Positions 36,789-51,396 of a stretch of 64,000 nucleotides of DNA are shown in pieces. The stretch is from the NCBI RefSeq assembly GCF_001194135.2, contig NC_069003.1, positions 2,575,224-2,639,223 of the forward strand, written 5' to 3'. A program made the translations under genes and the position numbers. The notes under the pieces were generated by a model. The model saw only the letters and a list, made by a program, of their open reading frames with translations. It had not been told where the DNA came from and did no database searches. Source of the stretch: Octopus bimaculoides. Taxonomy: Eukaryota. Each line of letters starts with the position of its first letter. The stretch's first letter is position 1.

Positions 36789-37339
36789 GTTTTAATGATA
36801 CAAACTCCATTTTGAAGTGATTTAAAGTAAACTGTTTCATGAAAATTTCTTCTGGACACAAGCTTAATAATGAGTTTGTTTTACTAAATTCGTCACTGGC
36901 CACTACTCCTGAGAGGATTGTTGGGCAGATTCCTTGGATACCTCTTCCATAAGCTTCTCTCAGAAGCCACCATCATTGCACTTTCCGGTTGGGTTCCCAA
37001 GAACGACCAACTGAGTCTGTGGATATTACGCCACCATTTCGCTTGCCTTGAAGAATGTCTTGCAAAGCACTCCGGTGAAAGGCAGTCATTCCGGCTGTGA
37101 CCATCCTAACTTACAAGGAAGCCAGCACCATATCCAACGTCCTTTTCTAACGCAGTTGAAGTTTGAAAGGTGACTTAACTGTCATTATTAGCAGGTGCAT
37201 ATAGACGAACCCTTATGGCTTTGTGGGGTGTGATGAAGATTTGGCTGTTATTTCTAGCAAAAAAAAAAAGCAATAAGTTGTATAATGTAAACAGTTGAGC
37301 AAGGACCATTATAGTTTATATCTCAGTATTACAATGCAC

Positions 37340-37845
<506 letters not shown>

Positions 37846-38043
37846 CCAGCCTTTACAATAATATTCAGAAGGAAACAACTTTATTTTGAAGCTACGAGAT
37901 CTGTGATTTATTTTTGGAATGATATTGCAAGGTCAGTGTGAGAGGTTAGATCCGACTAATTTAAACATAAAACACGTGGAATATCTGTGCCAGAAATGAT
38001 TGGATTAAATGCTTTAAAGATTGTTTTTCTCTTTTCCTTTCAG

Positions 38044-38129
38044 CTTGGTTACTTTGCTGGAATTTGCCGAAGAGAGACTCCACTGCAAGAATGTCATAAT
38101 CTACTTCAAAAGGGATCGCAACAACAGAA
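38044..38129 (+). CDS. OAZ: Antizyme internal exon: (G)LVTLLEFAEERLHCKNVIIYFKRDRNNR(S)
   Basis: TTTTCCTTTCAG acceptor (AG 38042-38043) and A|GTAAGT donor (GT 38130-38131). The 86 nt fit phase 2 in and phase 1 out. LLEFAEE...KxR is the antizyme core motif. Missed by the ORF track. Confidence 0.95.
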
Positions 38130-39431
38130 GTAAGTCAAAACCACTTTGGTTTTTTGGGGTTTTTTTTCCTTCTTTCTAGCAGTGGCTATGTTTCCATTGT
38201 ATGGTAGATGTGAGAGGCCAGATCTGGTCAGTTTGAACATAGAGCAAGTAGACTATTTGGGCCAGATATGGTCAGTCTAAATCAAGGGTCTCCAAAATGG
38301 TAGATATCAACCCCTGATGGTTGATAGGACCATTCAAGGGGGGGGGGGCAGTAAATGCACATCTGAATTTTTATTTTTTGTACATACCTGGGGGTTGATG
38401 AGGGGTGGGGTCAAGGATTCCATGAAGGCGTCGATGGTCTTAAAAATTTGCGGTCCCATGATCTTAAATGCTAATGGCTTAAACACTGGACACAGGAGAC
38501 AGTCTAAATGCCAGAGAGAATGAGCAGCTGTTTCTATAGCTGCTGTGTCTGTTATTGATGCGATTAAAACTAGAACAGCTGCTGCTACTACTACTAAAAA
38601 ATATAGTTCCACAGTTGCTGTCATTCCATTATGGAGTCTTTGCGTGGTTTACTGACTCTGACTCGCAATATCTTTATTCTTCAATATAAACCAGTTTTAA
38701 TATACAAGCTGACTCAAAGTACAAACTTATGCATATGCTTTATGAGATGTGTAGACCACAGTCACTTGATTACATAAAGGAAGTTGGAGTTTTCTGTTTC
38801 GATTCCACAGCCCTGGTTGAGAACTACTGCATTGGTTCATGAGTGGACAATGGGTGTTTGTTTAAACGGTAGCAGTTATTTATAGTTTGTTAGCTGATAA
38901 CAACAGCTAAAACCATGGTCCTATTTATTGTAGCAGCTGTCACAGGAAGAAGAGTGGAGACGGTATGTGAGGAGGGTAGCAGTTGTTGTTTATTGGAAAA
39001 TACAAGGACTTGTTTTAAGACTACTTTAAATGAAAAGTTTTTTGTTGTGTGATTTTGCTAGTTTTTTTCTTTTTAATTTGTTAGGCAAAAAATTTAAGGT
39101 ACATAAGAAAAATTTAAGGTACATACGAAAGAAAAATTTAAGGTACATACGTAAGACCAGGTTTCAATATAAATATAATGGTTTTAATAATGGTTTACCC
39201 CAGTACTTGACTGGTATTTGTTTTATTGGCCCTGAAAAGAGGAAAGGCTCAGTCGGCCTTGGCAGAATTTGATCTCAGAACATAGAAGTAAATGAAATAT
39301 TTCCAAGCAATTTGTCTGTGTGCTAAGTTCCATCAGCTTACCACCTTCAAAGAATTTATATTATTTATTGCCTGCTGGGGTGCTAAACACAGAGAGGACA
39401 AACAAGGACAGACAAAGGGATTAAGTCATTT

Positions 39432-39587
39432 ACATCAATCCCAGTGCATAACTGGTACTTAATTTATCGACCCCCGAAAGGATGAAAGGCACAGCCAACC
39501 TCTGTGGAATTTGAACTCAGAATGCAAAGATAGACGAAATACTGCTAAGCATTCCACCCGGCACGCCAACGTTTATGCCAGCTCGCC
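39432..39587 (-). mobile_element. SINE family A copy in the last OAZ intron
   Basis: Reverse complement of head and body (…GCCAGCTCGCC at 39577-39587). Confidence 0.75.
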
Positions 39588-39981
39588 ATACACACACGCA
39601 CATACATACATACATACATGTATGTATATGTATAAGGCTCAAGCATGGTTGTGGTAAGAAGTTGATTTCCCAACCACATGGTTCAAGGTTCAGTCCCATT
39701 GCATGGCACCTTGTGCATTGTTATCTAGTCACCTCAGGCCGACAAAAACACTTGTGAGTGGGTTTAATGGACAGAAACTAAAAGAAGCTTCTCTGTGTGA
39801 ACACGCACACACACACGCACTTTATTCCACCACCACTGCTTAACTGGTGTTGGCGTGTTTACATCCCCATAGTAAAGTGAAAGTAAAACTGGTTTTAAAC
39901 ATGAAAAATTTTCCCTTTTTGTCTTCTATATATATATTTGTATATGATTTATTTTATTTATTTTTTTTTTTCCTCCTTCAG

Positions 39982-40109
39982 GTTCCCTCATCAAGACTTT
40001 TATGTTTCTTGGTTTCGAAGTGGTTCCACCCGGCAATCCTCTAGTCCCGAACATTGGCGACTTAATCTTCATGGCATATACCATCCTAAGCGACGATCTC
40101 TCCGACTGA
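39982..40109 (+). CDS. OAZ: Antizyme last coding exon: (S)SLIKTFMFLGFEVVPPGNPLVPNIGDLIFMAYTILSDDLSD-stop
   Basis: Long T tract plus CAG acceptor (AG 39980-39981), matching phase 1, stop TGA 40107-40109. TFxFLGFE...P...FMAY motif. Spliced ORF2 is 254+86+128=468 nt, i.e. 155 aa plus stop. Confidence 0.95.
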
Positions 40110-41100
40110 TCTGCTTTCCTCAATTAAGATTCTTCGACACTTAGGTTGCAATACCGTTCTTCTTTTTAATCGAAAAAAAAAATTTTAAAAAAGACCATCT
40201 TGCATCAGGGATACAGTTACCATTATTCTTAAGTGTGAATCTAAAAGTAAAATCTGCGGATTTTTTTTCCCCTCTTATTTCCTTTTTATTAAAAATTAGT
40301 TTTGTAGAAATTTATTTGAATTCTTTTTTTTTCTTTTCTTGTGTCTAGATAAGATGTGATTGCACAAAAAACTCAAAAATTAAAAAAAAAAAAAGCCAGA
40401 AAAATACACATATATATATAATATAAATATATATGTATATGTATATATATATAATATATATACATGTCTTTATTTTTTTAACATTACCATTTAATCAATG
40501 GAGATGTCCTTGCAACCTTTTTTTCCAAGAATCTTACCCTCTGTCAAAGAAAAAAAAAACATTGTATCCATGAGTTATAAAAAAAATATTAAAAAATCAC
40601 CCCCCAAAAAAAAAGAATATATACAGAAAAAATAACAAAAAAAAAAATAAAAAAACTAACTTAAATGACTGTACATTTGTCTTATTCTTTTGTGTTATGT
40701 TCTTTAATATCCCGTTTTTGATGTCATTATTTCTTGCTTGGAATCTTTTCCGTTTGGCCGCCAACATTTCAAAAATTAAATTTTATCGAAAATTTTAATA
40801 TTCGGTACATTAATGTAGTTTTCCAAGCTGAATTGCTGGAGTTATTTCACTTTTCCCAGAAAATTAAAAAAAAAAAGAAGAAAGTTACGTTAAAAGTTTG
40901 ATCATTTCCACCTGGTCAGGAGACAAGATTTGGAAGCTGCTATTTTGTGCATGACAAGTACATTTTGTCAACATCAAGTTATCAATATTTGTATTCTACA
41001 TGTGGGGAAATGAGTAGACTATGCATCTTTTGTAGTTGTAAGCGTACAATATGCATTTAATGCGATAAACAGCACATTACAAATTAAATATATACATAGA
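40110..41100 (+). other. Probable OAZ 3' UTR (end undefined)
   Basis: TE-free, A/T-tract-rich sequence after the stop codon. AATAAA at 40646-40651 within an A-run and ATTAAA variants near 40765 and 41083. Cleavage site not determinable. Confidence 0.4.
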
Positions 41101-42312
41101 AGAAAAGAAACATTAAGCATGCATTTTCGTGGCTCAGCACAGCCTCAACAAGTGGATTCAATATATTTGTCATCACGTACTTTCTTGCAGACAAGTTCTC
41201 AGATTTGGCTTGTTACTATGGAAACAGGTATGAATATGTCTGTGGCTTGCGACTGGCTAAAAATACCCCAAATTTTCAAATTTTAATTACTGATAACTCT
41301 TTATCTATTGATTTATAGCGAAAGTGATTTTCATGGCATTATTTAGCCTATAAAAGTGTATCATTACATTGAATATGAAATCAATTTGAACAGAAAAATG
41401 AAATTGGCAGCCAAAAGGGGAAAAGATCCGTTGCTTGTAAGGTGGAGATCTGGTTGCTTCCCAACCACGTAGTTTCGGGTTCAGTCCCACTGTGTGGCAA
41501 CTTTGGCCCAGTGTCTTCTACAACCTCAGGTCGACCAGTCCTGTGAGTGGGTTTAATGGACAGAAACTGAATGAAGCTTGTCGTGTGTGTAATCTGTTCG
41601 TGTTTCTCACTGGACGAGCAGTATTTTATGTAACTTAGTGGCTTAGTGAAAGAGAACGATAAAAAAAATGTCCTGGAGTCAATTTACTCGACCAAACGTT
41701 TAAGACGGTGCTCCAGCATGGCCGCAGGCTGGCTGAAACATAAAAGATGCTGAACAAAATGCTTTGTGGCATTTTGTTTGTCTTAATGTTCCGAGTTCAA
41801 ATATGCCTCAGGCCAGCTTAACTTCCCCCCCCCTTTGTGGGGTCGATGAAATAAGTTACTGGCGTTAATGTTTTGAGGATGAGGAATTATTTACAATGGA
41901 CGGCGTTTAGCGTAGCGAGCTACTAACCCTCGGATTCTAAGTTCAATCCCAGGCAGGGACTCAAAAAATATTCTTATCTACTTGGATGAGAACACATGCA
42001 CACACAATTAACATTTATACACGACAGGTTTCCATACAAATTCTGTTTACGAATTCCTCTCTCATTGCATTCTGGATTGCGTCCAAAACAATCTAGTTGT
42101 TAGGTGAACTGTAAACATACATCAGCACCTGATGTACACACCTTAGTGGCAAGTTGCTACTTTTCTGACGATCTGTTTTAAAACGATTTCAATATACACA
42201 CATCATCATCAGCATCGTTTTTACGTTTGTTTTCACATGATGGCATGGGTTGGGCTGAGTAGTAATTCCTTACGCTAATCGTTTTTACTTGCTTCTTACT
42301 GCACAGGGATAA

Positions 42313-42508
42313 GAAACGTTAGCAGGCCGGGCGAAATGCTTAGCGGTATTTTGTCTGTCTTAGGTTCTGAGTTCAAATTCTGCCGAGGTCGACTTTGCCT
42401 TTCATCCTTTCAGGGTTGATAAATTAAGCAACGGTTGCGTACTGAGGTCGATCTAATCGAGCGCCCCTCTCCAAAGAATTCGGGCCTTGTGCCTAGAATA
42501 GAAAAGGA
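42313..42508 (+). mobile_element. SINE family A copy
   Basis: Matches the family consensus. Confidence 0.8.
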
Positions 42509-42754
42509 TATAGTGTATTCTAGAAATCTGGGTTGCACATGGTTTAATATAACTTTTGGAATTTGAGTGTTCTTTGAAATTGGTGACTTGAAAACAGCTG
42601 GTTTACATAGTTGCTTCACTCGACCTGCTAAAAACAGTAGCCAAATTGTAATCTGTATAAAACGTAATACAAATCGGATAATATATGCAAAATCTATTCC
42701 TGTCGGGTAACTTTTACCTTTAAGAAGAATATATTAGATAAGATGAGCCAGGGT

Positions 42755-43181
42755 ATGTTACTGGTACTCTGTCGGTTACAACGACGAGGGTTCCAGTAGA
42801 TCTAATCAATGGGAAAGCTAAATTAACGTGCAAATTGCTGAGCACTCTGCAGGCACTGGTACCCTTAACCAGTGGTGGACTGGCCAGCTTGCCCGATGGC
42901 AAGTGGGCCTCTGCGCCATTAGAATCCATGTTAATATCTAAGGGGCCCATGTTTGAGAACTTTTTCACTCCTGGAAGAATGCATTAATTATTTCGGCCTG
43001 GCTGTGCTTGTAGACAGTTGAAAAGAATACTTTTAACAAAAAACGAAATTAAATGATAGCATTGCAGTAGCGTGTGGAGCAACATGAAATAAAGTGTCTT
43101 GTTCAAAGACACAACGCGCCGGCGGGAATCGAACTCCCGACCATGAGCCGAATGTCCTAACCGCTAAGCCACGCGTCCTCA
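42755..43181 (-). mobile_element. CORE-like SINE (family C) with clear tRNA-type A and B boxes, interrupted
   Basis: Minus strand GTGGCTTAGCGG (A box) ... GAGTTCGATTCCC (B box) ... TTGAACAAGACACTTTATTTCA. Tail-like sequence near 42760-42815. Confidence 0.55.
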
Positions 43182-43192
43182 CTGCCAGGGTG

Positions 43193-43412
43193 TGTTACGA
43201 AATGTAACGAAAGACAAAATGTTATGGCTGAAAAGCTTTTATTTCATTTCAATCGATAATCCTAATCCAATCCATAACAACAGAATCCACGATCCAGCAC
43301 CCAAAATTGGAAACAGAAATGACATCGAGTTACGTAAAACATACGTCATCCTCAATAGCAGAAAGGAAAAGTTACTCAGGGGAGGTTACTCTATATTACT
43401 AAATACATAACA
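43193..43412 (-). mobile_element. Possible solo LTR
   Basis: 220 bp bounded by TGTTA...TAACA, with AATAAA on the minus strand near 43238-43243. No TSD seen. Confidence 0.35.
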
Positions 43413-44524
43413 GTATCTATGCTGTAATTGGTTGCCTCCCCTCGTTGCAGCCTCGTATGCGTCGTGGATTGAGCTGCGAGAAATAGCAACCAAATCTCTC
43501 CTAAAACCTCACCGTACCATCTTCAAAACGTGAGGTGCGTTGGACAAAACAATTCTGGAACTCCTATATCTGGTAATAAGATGTGATGGTCATGCCTGGA
43601 CCATGTTTTAACATAGGTCTGCTCTTTCCAAACGGTTGTCTTCGGCTAAACAAGTTTTTCCTACACAAGAATCACCTTTAGAAAGATAAAAAATAGAATT
43701 CGACGAAACAAGGCAGTCATTTCTCATTCTCCTAGAAATAGCAGCTAAATATCCATCGTAACATACACTGTCACTTTAAACAGATATAATTATATTAGAT
43801 AATATTTAAAAGAGACGAGATAGTCACGGTAGGAACGTCTTTCAGCATAAGTGTTTAAAATAGTGGTTCTCAACCGGGGTCTTCGGAAACACTGGTTTAA
43901 TTATTCCGATCAGAGCAGAACAATACAACAACAATAACAACAAAAACCTTGAATCTCTGTGGACAAGTGATAAACTGTATCTGTTTCGATTCTCTGCGCT
44001 TTAAGTTCGAATTCCGCCGAAGTTAGTATGCCTTTAATTGCTTCTTCCTCTTCTTCTTCTTCTTCTCCCCTTCTCTTCTTCTTCTTCGTCTTCCTGTACC
44101 AAATCAGGAGAGTGGAATGGCGCAAATGGAAGGAAGTCGTACAGGGTATCCCACCGAATTTCTTCCTTTTCTTTGATTTCTAAGGTCGAATCCCGCCGCG
44201 AACCACCTGGCTGAATAAACTTAATTCTTAAGCAGATTTGACACTACCAGCTGACACGCTATGGTGGTTTTAGCACAACGTACATACGATTTGGCACGGC
44301 TGACTGGACATTATGTCTGTTCTAGCTACGGTGCCTTTTGGCGCTGGAGGTGTGCATACACAGGCATACACACACATACACGCATGCGTGCGATTGATTG
44401 CCTGAATCTTAGACCAGGTAAATAATTCCTTCCTTTACTTTTAAATACTTCTGAACTTTTTCATTTAAGCGTGGATTTTAGAACTCCATTCTAAGTTTTT
44501 TGTTATGACTTAAAAAATTGATTT

Positions 44525-45170
44525 TTTTTTTAATGCTTCGAGGACCAACACCGATAAGTCAGTAGGCTTGTGGCTGTGTCGATAGAGATGGAAGTCCATG
44601 CTATCGGACTTTATTGTGGGCGGCTGGACTGACGGACGAGTTAAACTTCTGGGAGTCTGGTTCGACTCCAACCTCCATGTGGATAAGAATTGGGACGAAG
44701 TCACGCACAGGGTAGATAACCTTAACCGCACACGGGCAGGAATGAAGTTATCTTGTGACGAATGCTTACATCATCACCTCCATTTTTATTTAGTGCCTTG
44801 CTCCAAATATCACCTGATCAGGTTGTAGCATCTGCTATTTATTTTCTTGCGGAAGGAGCATGCTCCAATGGTTAGCGAATCAGTCTACTGTCACGCCTCA
44901 CTGCGTGGATGCTTAGGCTTGTCTGAGATGCGCGAAGAGCGAAGAAACCGTTTTGCAAGCATCCGCTCAGTGCACGGACATTGCTGATTTGTGGGGGTTA
45001 TGTCAAACAGCTGCTGCCGCGTGTGGGGCGGATCTGTCTTTCGGCCGAGTTCATCGTAATGATTGCAGCACCACCCTCCCGTTTTCGGGAAGGTAAGTCA
45101 GTTTTCCTTTACTAGTGGCTTTGGAAAAAGAGGTTGTCTGGTGGTCGAAGTTGAAAGGCATGAGGTCAAA
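44525..45170 (+). mobile_element. Decayed L1/Tx1-clade LINE ORF2 fragment
   Basis: NTDKSVGLWL..., VKLLGVWFDSNLHVDKNWDEV...KLS, LxHLLFIFLRKEHAPMV...GCLGLSEM resemble the post-RT region of Tx1-type ORF2; frameshifted. Confidence 0.65.
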
Positions 45171-45639
45171 GGCATCCCACTTTGTAGAATTCCTCTCCCC
45201 CTCTCTCTCTTTCTCAGTCTCTCTCCCTCTCTTTCTCAGTCTCTCTCTCTCTTTTTCTCAGTCTCTCCCTCTCTTTCTCAGTCTCTCTCTCTTTCTCAGT
45301 CTCTCTCTCTTTCTCAGTCTCTCTCTCTCTCTCTTTCTCAGTCTCTCTTTCTCAGTCTCTCTCTCTCGATTTGTATAAGCTATAAGAGTTATCTCCCTGT
45401 AATAAATACAGAAGTTATGTCCCTTGAATTCCTAATATGTTTTTTGGATTTAAAAAAACTTATTTACGTTGAAATTAAGGTGGCGAAGCAATTGAATTTG
45501 ATATTTGTCCTCATCTTGTTCGTTGTTAACACAACATTTCCATTGATATACCCTCCAGCCTTCATCAGGTGTCTTGGGGAGATTTCGAACCTGGGTTCTC
45601 ATTCCTAAGGTATTTTTCGTCACTCTTTACTCTCTCTTT

Positions 45640-45850
45640 TATTCGTTTCAGTCTTTTGACTTCGGCCATGCTGGAACGACGCCTTTAGTCGAGCAAATCG
45701 ACCCCAGGACTTATTCTTTGTAAGCCTAGTACTTATTCTATCGGTGACTTTTGCCGAACCGCTAAGTTACGGGGACGTAAACACACCACCATCGGTTGTC
45801 AAGCAATGTTGGGGGGGACAAACACAGACACTCAAACATATACACTTACA
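45640..45850 (-). mobile_element. SINE family B 3' half, young-looking, ends at a 10-N gap
   Basis: Close reverse-complement match to the consensus with CpGs retained. Confidence 0.8.
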
Positions 45851-46638
45851 NNNNNNNNNNTATATATATATATATATATATATTGCGATACACTTGCTTG
45901 TTGCTCATGCAATTGTCTTCGCCTTTTGTTTTGTCCATAAATGGCAACTGTAGAAGGGAATACAGACTGAGAAGAAAGCGAATGAATAAATAGAATGCAG
46001 ACAGAGAATAAAACTTGATAAAAATGAAAGAGAATAAAGAATAAAAGCGTGAACGAATACGGTGAATAAAGAGCAAGAGTAATGATTGGACATAAAGAGA
46101 AAGAGAATACAGAGAACAAAGAATGAGAATAAAGACAAATTATGTAAGCTGAAACTAAAGACAAAAAAAATAAAGACTAAGAATAAAGTTTGAGAATGAA
46201 GAACGAGAATAAAGAGTACGAATGAGTGTTAATAAGAAGGAGAAAGAAAAGCATGAAGAATAATGCAAAAAACATAACAAAACAAAAAAAAGAGATAAAA
46301 ATAGAGGTTAAAAAGGTTGAAGAAAAAATTAAAAGAGTAGAAAGTAAAGAATAAAGACTTAACATTGGCTGAGAAATAAATTGAGAATAAAGATGAAGAC
46401 AGGAAAGAAGGAGAGGATTAAAGATTTAGAATAAAGACTGAGAATATGACTTATATTAAAACAACAACAACAACAACAATAATAATAATGATAACAATAA
46501 AAGAGTAAAGATTGAGAGTAAACGTCAGAAGAGAGATACGAAGAATGATTGAGAATTGACAAAAAAAGAAAAAAAAATTAGAAAAGAGAAAAGAATTGTA
46601 AAAAGTAAAAGGAAACTAGTCCAGGAATTTAACTTTAG

Positions 46639-46701
<63 letters not shown>

Positions 46702-47312
46702 GTGATGGTGATGATGATGATGATGATGATGATAAAATTGGCAATGTTCTTTGAGTAATCTGTCTCCCAGAACACTCCCGATTAGCGAAGTAAGTTGAGA
46801 ATTAAAACATTAAGAAAACGCAAAGAGAAATTTTAAGTTTTTTTTAAAGAAAGAATATATATATATGTGAGTGTGTGTGTGTTTGCGTGTGTATATATAC
46901 ATNNNNNNNNNNNNNNNNNNNNNNNNNNNNNNNNNNNNNNNNNNNNNNNNNNNNNNNNNNNNNNNNNNNNNNNNNNNNNNNNNNNNNNNNNNNNNNNNNN
47001 NNNNNNNNNNNNNNNNNNNNNNNNNNNNNNNNNNNNNNNNNNNNNNNNNNNNNNNNNNNNNNNNNNNNNNNNNNNNNNNNNNNNNNNNNNNNNNNNNNNN
47101 NNNNNNNNNNNNNNNNNNNNNNATTAAGAAGTTGTTTATAATAAGAAAGATTAAATAGGATTAAAAAAAACGAAGGTAAGAAATGAAATAAATAAATAAA
47201 ATAGACGAACGCAATTTTAAAAATGTAAATAATCGATTTAAAATATATTCGAATAACAAAAGAAAGCCAAGCAAATTCTGCTGCTGCTACTACTACTACT
47301 GCTAACAACAAC

Positions 47313-47343
<31 letters not shown>

Positions 47344-47804
47344 GAATAATGATGATGATGATGATGATGTTATAATAATAATAATAATAATAATAATGAT
47401 AATAATAATAATGAAAATAATAATAATAATAATAATAAAGATGTTGATGATGATAGTGATGATGGTAGTTAAAGCAACAACAACAACAATCATAATAATA
47501 ATAATAGTAATGAAATGAGAAAAGAAAACCCGCTTCAGGTGTATTTTGAAGTATTTTTGGTACCCGGAGGAAAAGGTGTGTCTTTTGTTCTGTTTACATG
47601 GAGCAGAAAAAATTCTTTATTGGTTTGTGTTGGTATTGTAGTGTACTGTGTGTATATGTGAGGTGTGTGTGTGTGTGTGTGTGTGTGTGAGTACGCGTAT
47701 GCGTATGCATTTGTTTCTTCCAGGTGTCGCTAGGTGATGTTTTTGTTTTTTTAAAAATTTTGTTACCAATTTTGTTATTCTTGACGTTCATAACGTTGCT
47801 ATTG

Positions 47805-47836
<32 letters not shown>

Positions 47837-49553
47837 GGTGGGGGTAGTGGTGATGGTGGTGGTTGGAGTGGCTCAGCTGTTGTTCCTATAAGCAAACCAT
47901 TTTGAGAATTAGTCGTGGTGGTAGTTGTGCTTATCGTCAATGCAATTAGTGTGTTTATGTCTGTCTGTCTGTCTGCTTGTCTGCCTGTCTTGACGCGTTG
48001 CAAGATGAAAAACGAGGTCTGTGAAATGGCGGATGAAATCAGGAAAGCCAACGGCCATCCAACACAGGCTTAACTCTGCTATGTCTCATGAGCATCGGGA
48101 GTTCCTGCGGCACTCATCGACAAACTGGTGGCTTTGGCACAGAAAACACAGTGCTGCGCAGAGGATTGTCAGGTTTACCACAATGAGCAGGCAGAACAGG
48201 TTCAATCAGCGGAGAACTACGAGAGTGAGAATGTAAGCATGGTGTACCACACTACTAGGAGACACTCCTAATCCTTTTTAGGACGTCGCTCTCGAGGAAT
48301 GAGAACTCAGATGCAAAACTTACGACTCGATGGTGACCAATGATGTTTGTCAGGTTTTCTTTGTGGGGTTTCTGTCATCGTGGTTCCTAGAGTGGGATTG
48401 GCTGTGTGCAAGGTCTCTCCGCTGTTTGAAAAGCACCTTGCGCTGGCATCGTTTGGCACACAAGTATCGTAATCGACATTCGTCCATGAGACCGATTCCG
48501 AAATGCGTCAGACGATGACCATAACCGAGAAAGAGGAAGTGGTCATTGTGTATGTTTGTATGCTTGCGTGTATGTCTGTGTGTATATATGTATTATGTAT
48601 GAGTGTATGTATATGTGTGTGTATGTATGTAGTACGTATGCATGTATGTATGTGTGTGTATGTTTGTATGTATGTGTATGTTTGTATGTATGTATGCATG
48701 TACGTATGTACGTATGTATGTATTATGTGTGTGTGTATGTACGTATGTGTGCGTATGTATGTATGTACGTACGTACGTAGTATGCATGTATGTATGTATG
48801 TATGTATGTATGTACGCAGTATGTATGTGTGTGTATGCATGTATGTATGTCTGTTTATATGTACCTATGTATGTACGCATGTATATATGTATGTGTGCAT
48901 GTATGTACATATGTCTATATGTATGTATGTATGTATGTGTGTATGTATGTATGTGTGTATGTGTGTGTAGACGCGCTCAAGCGGGGAAGTCATTGTGCGT
49001 ATGCATTTGTATGTTTGATTTAAGTATGCGTACATAAACATATCTATGTTTATACGTGCGAATACGTACATTACAGCCTAAACATCAGGGATGTTTTGCC
49101 TAATTTCACAGCTTCATTAATAGATTGCAATAGTAATTTCTTAATTAACAGTGTTCTTTCAGGTTTAAAATGTAGACCGACTTTCAAGCCCAATGGGGAT
49201 TATAGCAATTATTTAAATACCAAAACGTCGCAATGATTGCTGATATAAATCTAAATCTAGGTTTATATCTAAAGATTATAAACTGACTTTATAATCTTTA
49301 GATTTCTCTTTATTTCACCATCGAAGTTGTCTGTTTTCCTTTTGTTATTACTTTTAACATCACGTTAACTTCAACTAACCACCGGATTTCTGTATTGTGT
49401 GCACTGTCTGATTCCTGTCCCAGGTTATTAGACAAAGCATACTATGTCTACAGTTACAAAGGTCTTTATAGGAACATTCGTGCTGTATTCTTTCGCAGAC
49501 ATCCACACATACATGCGTACATACCTACATAGGTATATATACGTATATTAGTA

Positions 49554-49759
49554 GAGTAATCCCTCGACTATCGTGGGTGCTACGTTCCAAAACCTCTCAC
49601 AGAAATAATTAAAATCTAAAAAAATATAAATACCTATCGACTGCAGAAACCCATGATATAGTAAGGAGTCCGCGATATAAATTTACATATATTAGTCACA
49701 AAAATCCACTAGGTACTGAGTGCGCGATCGGTGAACCGCTATACGGCGAGGGATTACTG
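49554..49759. mobile_element. Tc1/mariner (pogo/Tigger-like) MITE
   Basis: TA | GAGTAATCCCTCG ... CGAGGGATTACTG | TA. Confidence 0.75.
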
Positions 49760-49823
49760 TATACATATATACATACAGACATATATATGCATATACATTT
49801 ACATACGCATATACATATAGATT

Positions 49824-50085
49824 TTTTTCTACTCTAGGCACAAGGCCCGGAATTTTTGGGGAGGGGGCCAGTCGATTAGATCGACGCCAGTACGCTAATA
49901 GTACTTAATTTATCGACCCCGAAAGGATGAAAGGTAAGGTCGACCTCGGTGGAATTTGAACGGAGAACGTAAAGACGGATGAAATGTCGCTAAGCATTTT
50001 GTCCGGCATGCTAACAGTTCTGCCAAATCGCAGCCTTGTGTGCAAATATTGCAGTTTCACAATTGTTTCTTCGCTATCCTTTCAG

Positions 50086-50135
<50 letters not shown>

Positions 50136-50380
50136 CAATATTATTATTATTAGTTATGTAAGACGGTGAGTTGACTGAATCGTTAGCTTGCTGGCCGAAA
50201 TGCTTATCGGCATTTCGTCGGTCCTTACGTTCTGAGTTCAAATTCCGCCAAAGTCGACTTCACCTTTCATCCCTTCGGGGTCGGTAAATTAAGTACCAGC
50301 GGAGCACTGAGGTCGATGTAACCGACTACTCCCCTCCCCTCCCCCCAAATTTCGGGCCTTGCGCCTAGAGTAGAAAAAAA
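49824..50380. mobile_element. Two head-to-head SINE family A copies (49824-50032 minus, 50164-50380 plus)
   Basis: Both match the consensus; separated by an (ATT)n tract. Confidence 0.8.
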
Positions 50381-50890
50381 CATTAAGCTTGTGGTTGGAA
50401 ACTAAACTAACATGGAATTTTGAAGGAAGGTTTTCGTTTAGATCACTTACAAGCAAAAAGTTTGTATCATAGAACCAAGGGTGATCTCGGGCGGGTTGGC
50501 ACCGAAATGGTTAAGCATGAAGAACATACAACTAGAATCTTCGAGAGCGATTCAAATTCTAGGCCTCACCGTCCTTGAGTATCTCTTCTGTCGAAGGCAC
50601 GTCATCGACATGGCAAAGTCTCCTTAGATAAACGCAAAAGAATAACCTAATTGCGCTGCTGTTTTCTAATTCTCTTTTCCCGATTCTAAATGGTAGTTTG
50701 ATCGCTTTTATTTCCTAAATACAACTTTATCAGGCTATAAATAAACTTATATATGCGTGTGCACCTCTCTCTCTCCATATATATGCATATAGCTATGAAC
50801 ACGCACAACACGCACACACACACATATACATGTTTGTGTGTACGTATGTATAATTGTATGCATATATATGTGTGTGTGTGTGTGTGAATG

Positions 50891-50943
<53 letters not shown>

Positions 50944-51342
50944 NNNNNNNNNNNNNNNNNNNNNNNNNNNNNNNNNNNNNNNNNNNNNNNNNNNNNNNNN
51001 NNNNNNNNNNNNNNNNNNNNNNNNNNNNNNNNNNNNNNNNNNNNNNNNNNNNNNNNNNNNNNNNNNNNNNNNNNNNNNNNNNNNNNNNNNNNNNNNNNNN
51101 NNNNNNNNNNNNNNNNNNNNNNNNNNNNNNNNNNNNNNNNNNNNNNNNNNNNNNNNNNNNNNNNNNNNNNNNNNNNNNNNNNNNNNNNNNNNNNNNNNNN
51201 NNNNNNNNNNNNNNNNNNNNNNNNNNNNNNNNNNNNNNNNNNNNNNNNNNNNNNNNNNNNNNNNNNNNNNNNNNNNNNNNNNNNNNNNNNNNNNNNNNNN
51301 NNNNNNNNNNNNNNNNNNNNNNNNNNNNNNNNNNNNNNNNNN

Positions 51343-51396
<54 letters not shown>

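Noticed and set aside
39926-40144. ORFs 39926..40123 (-) and 39938..40144 (+)
   Set aside because: Antisense and wrong-frame overlaps of the last OAZ exon.
43075-43181. tRNA gene (A and B boxes on the minus strand)
   Set aside because: No complete cloverleaf, and it continues directly into a SINE body.
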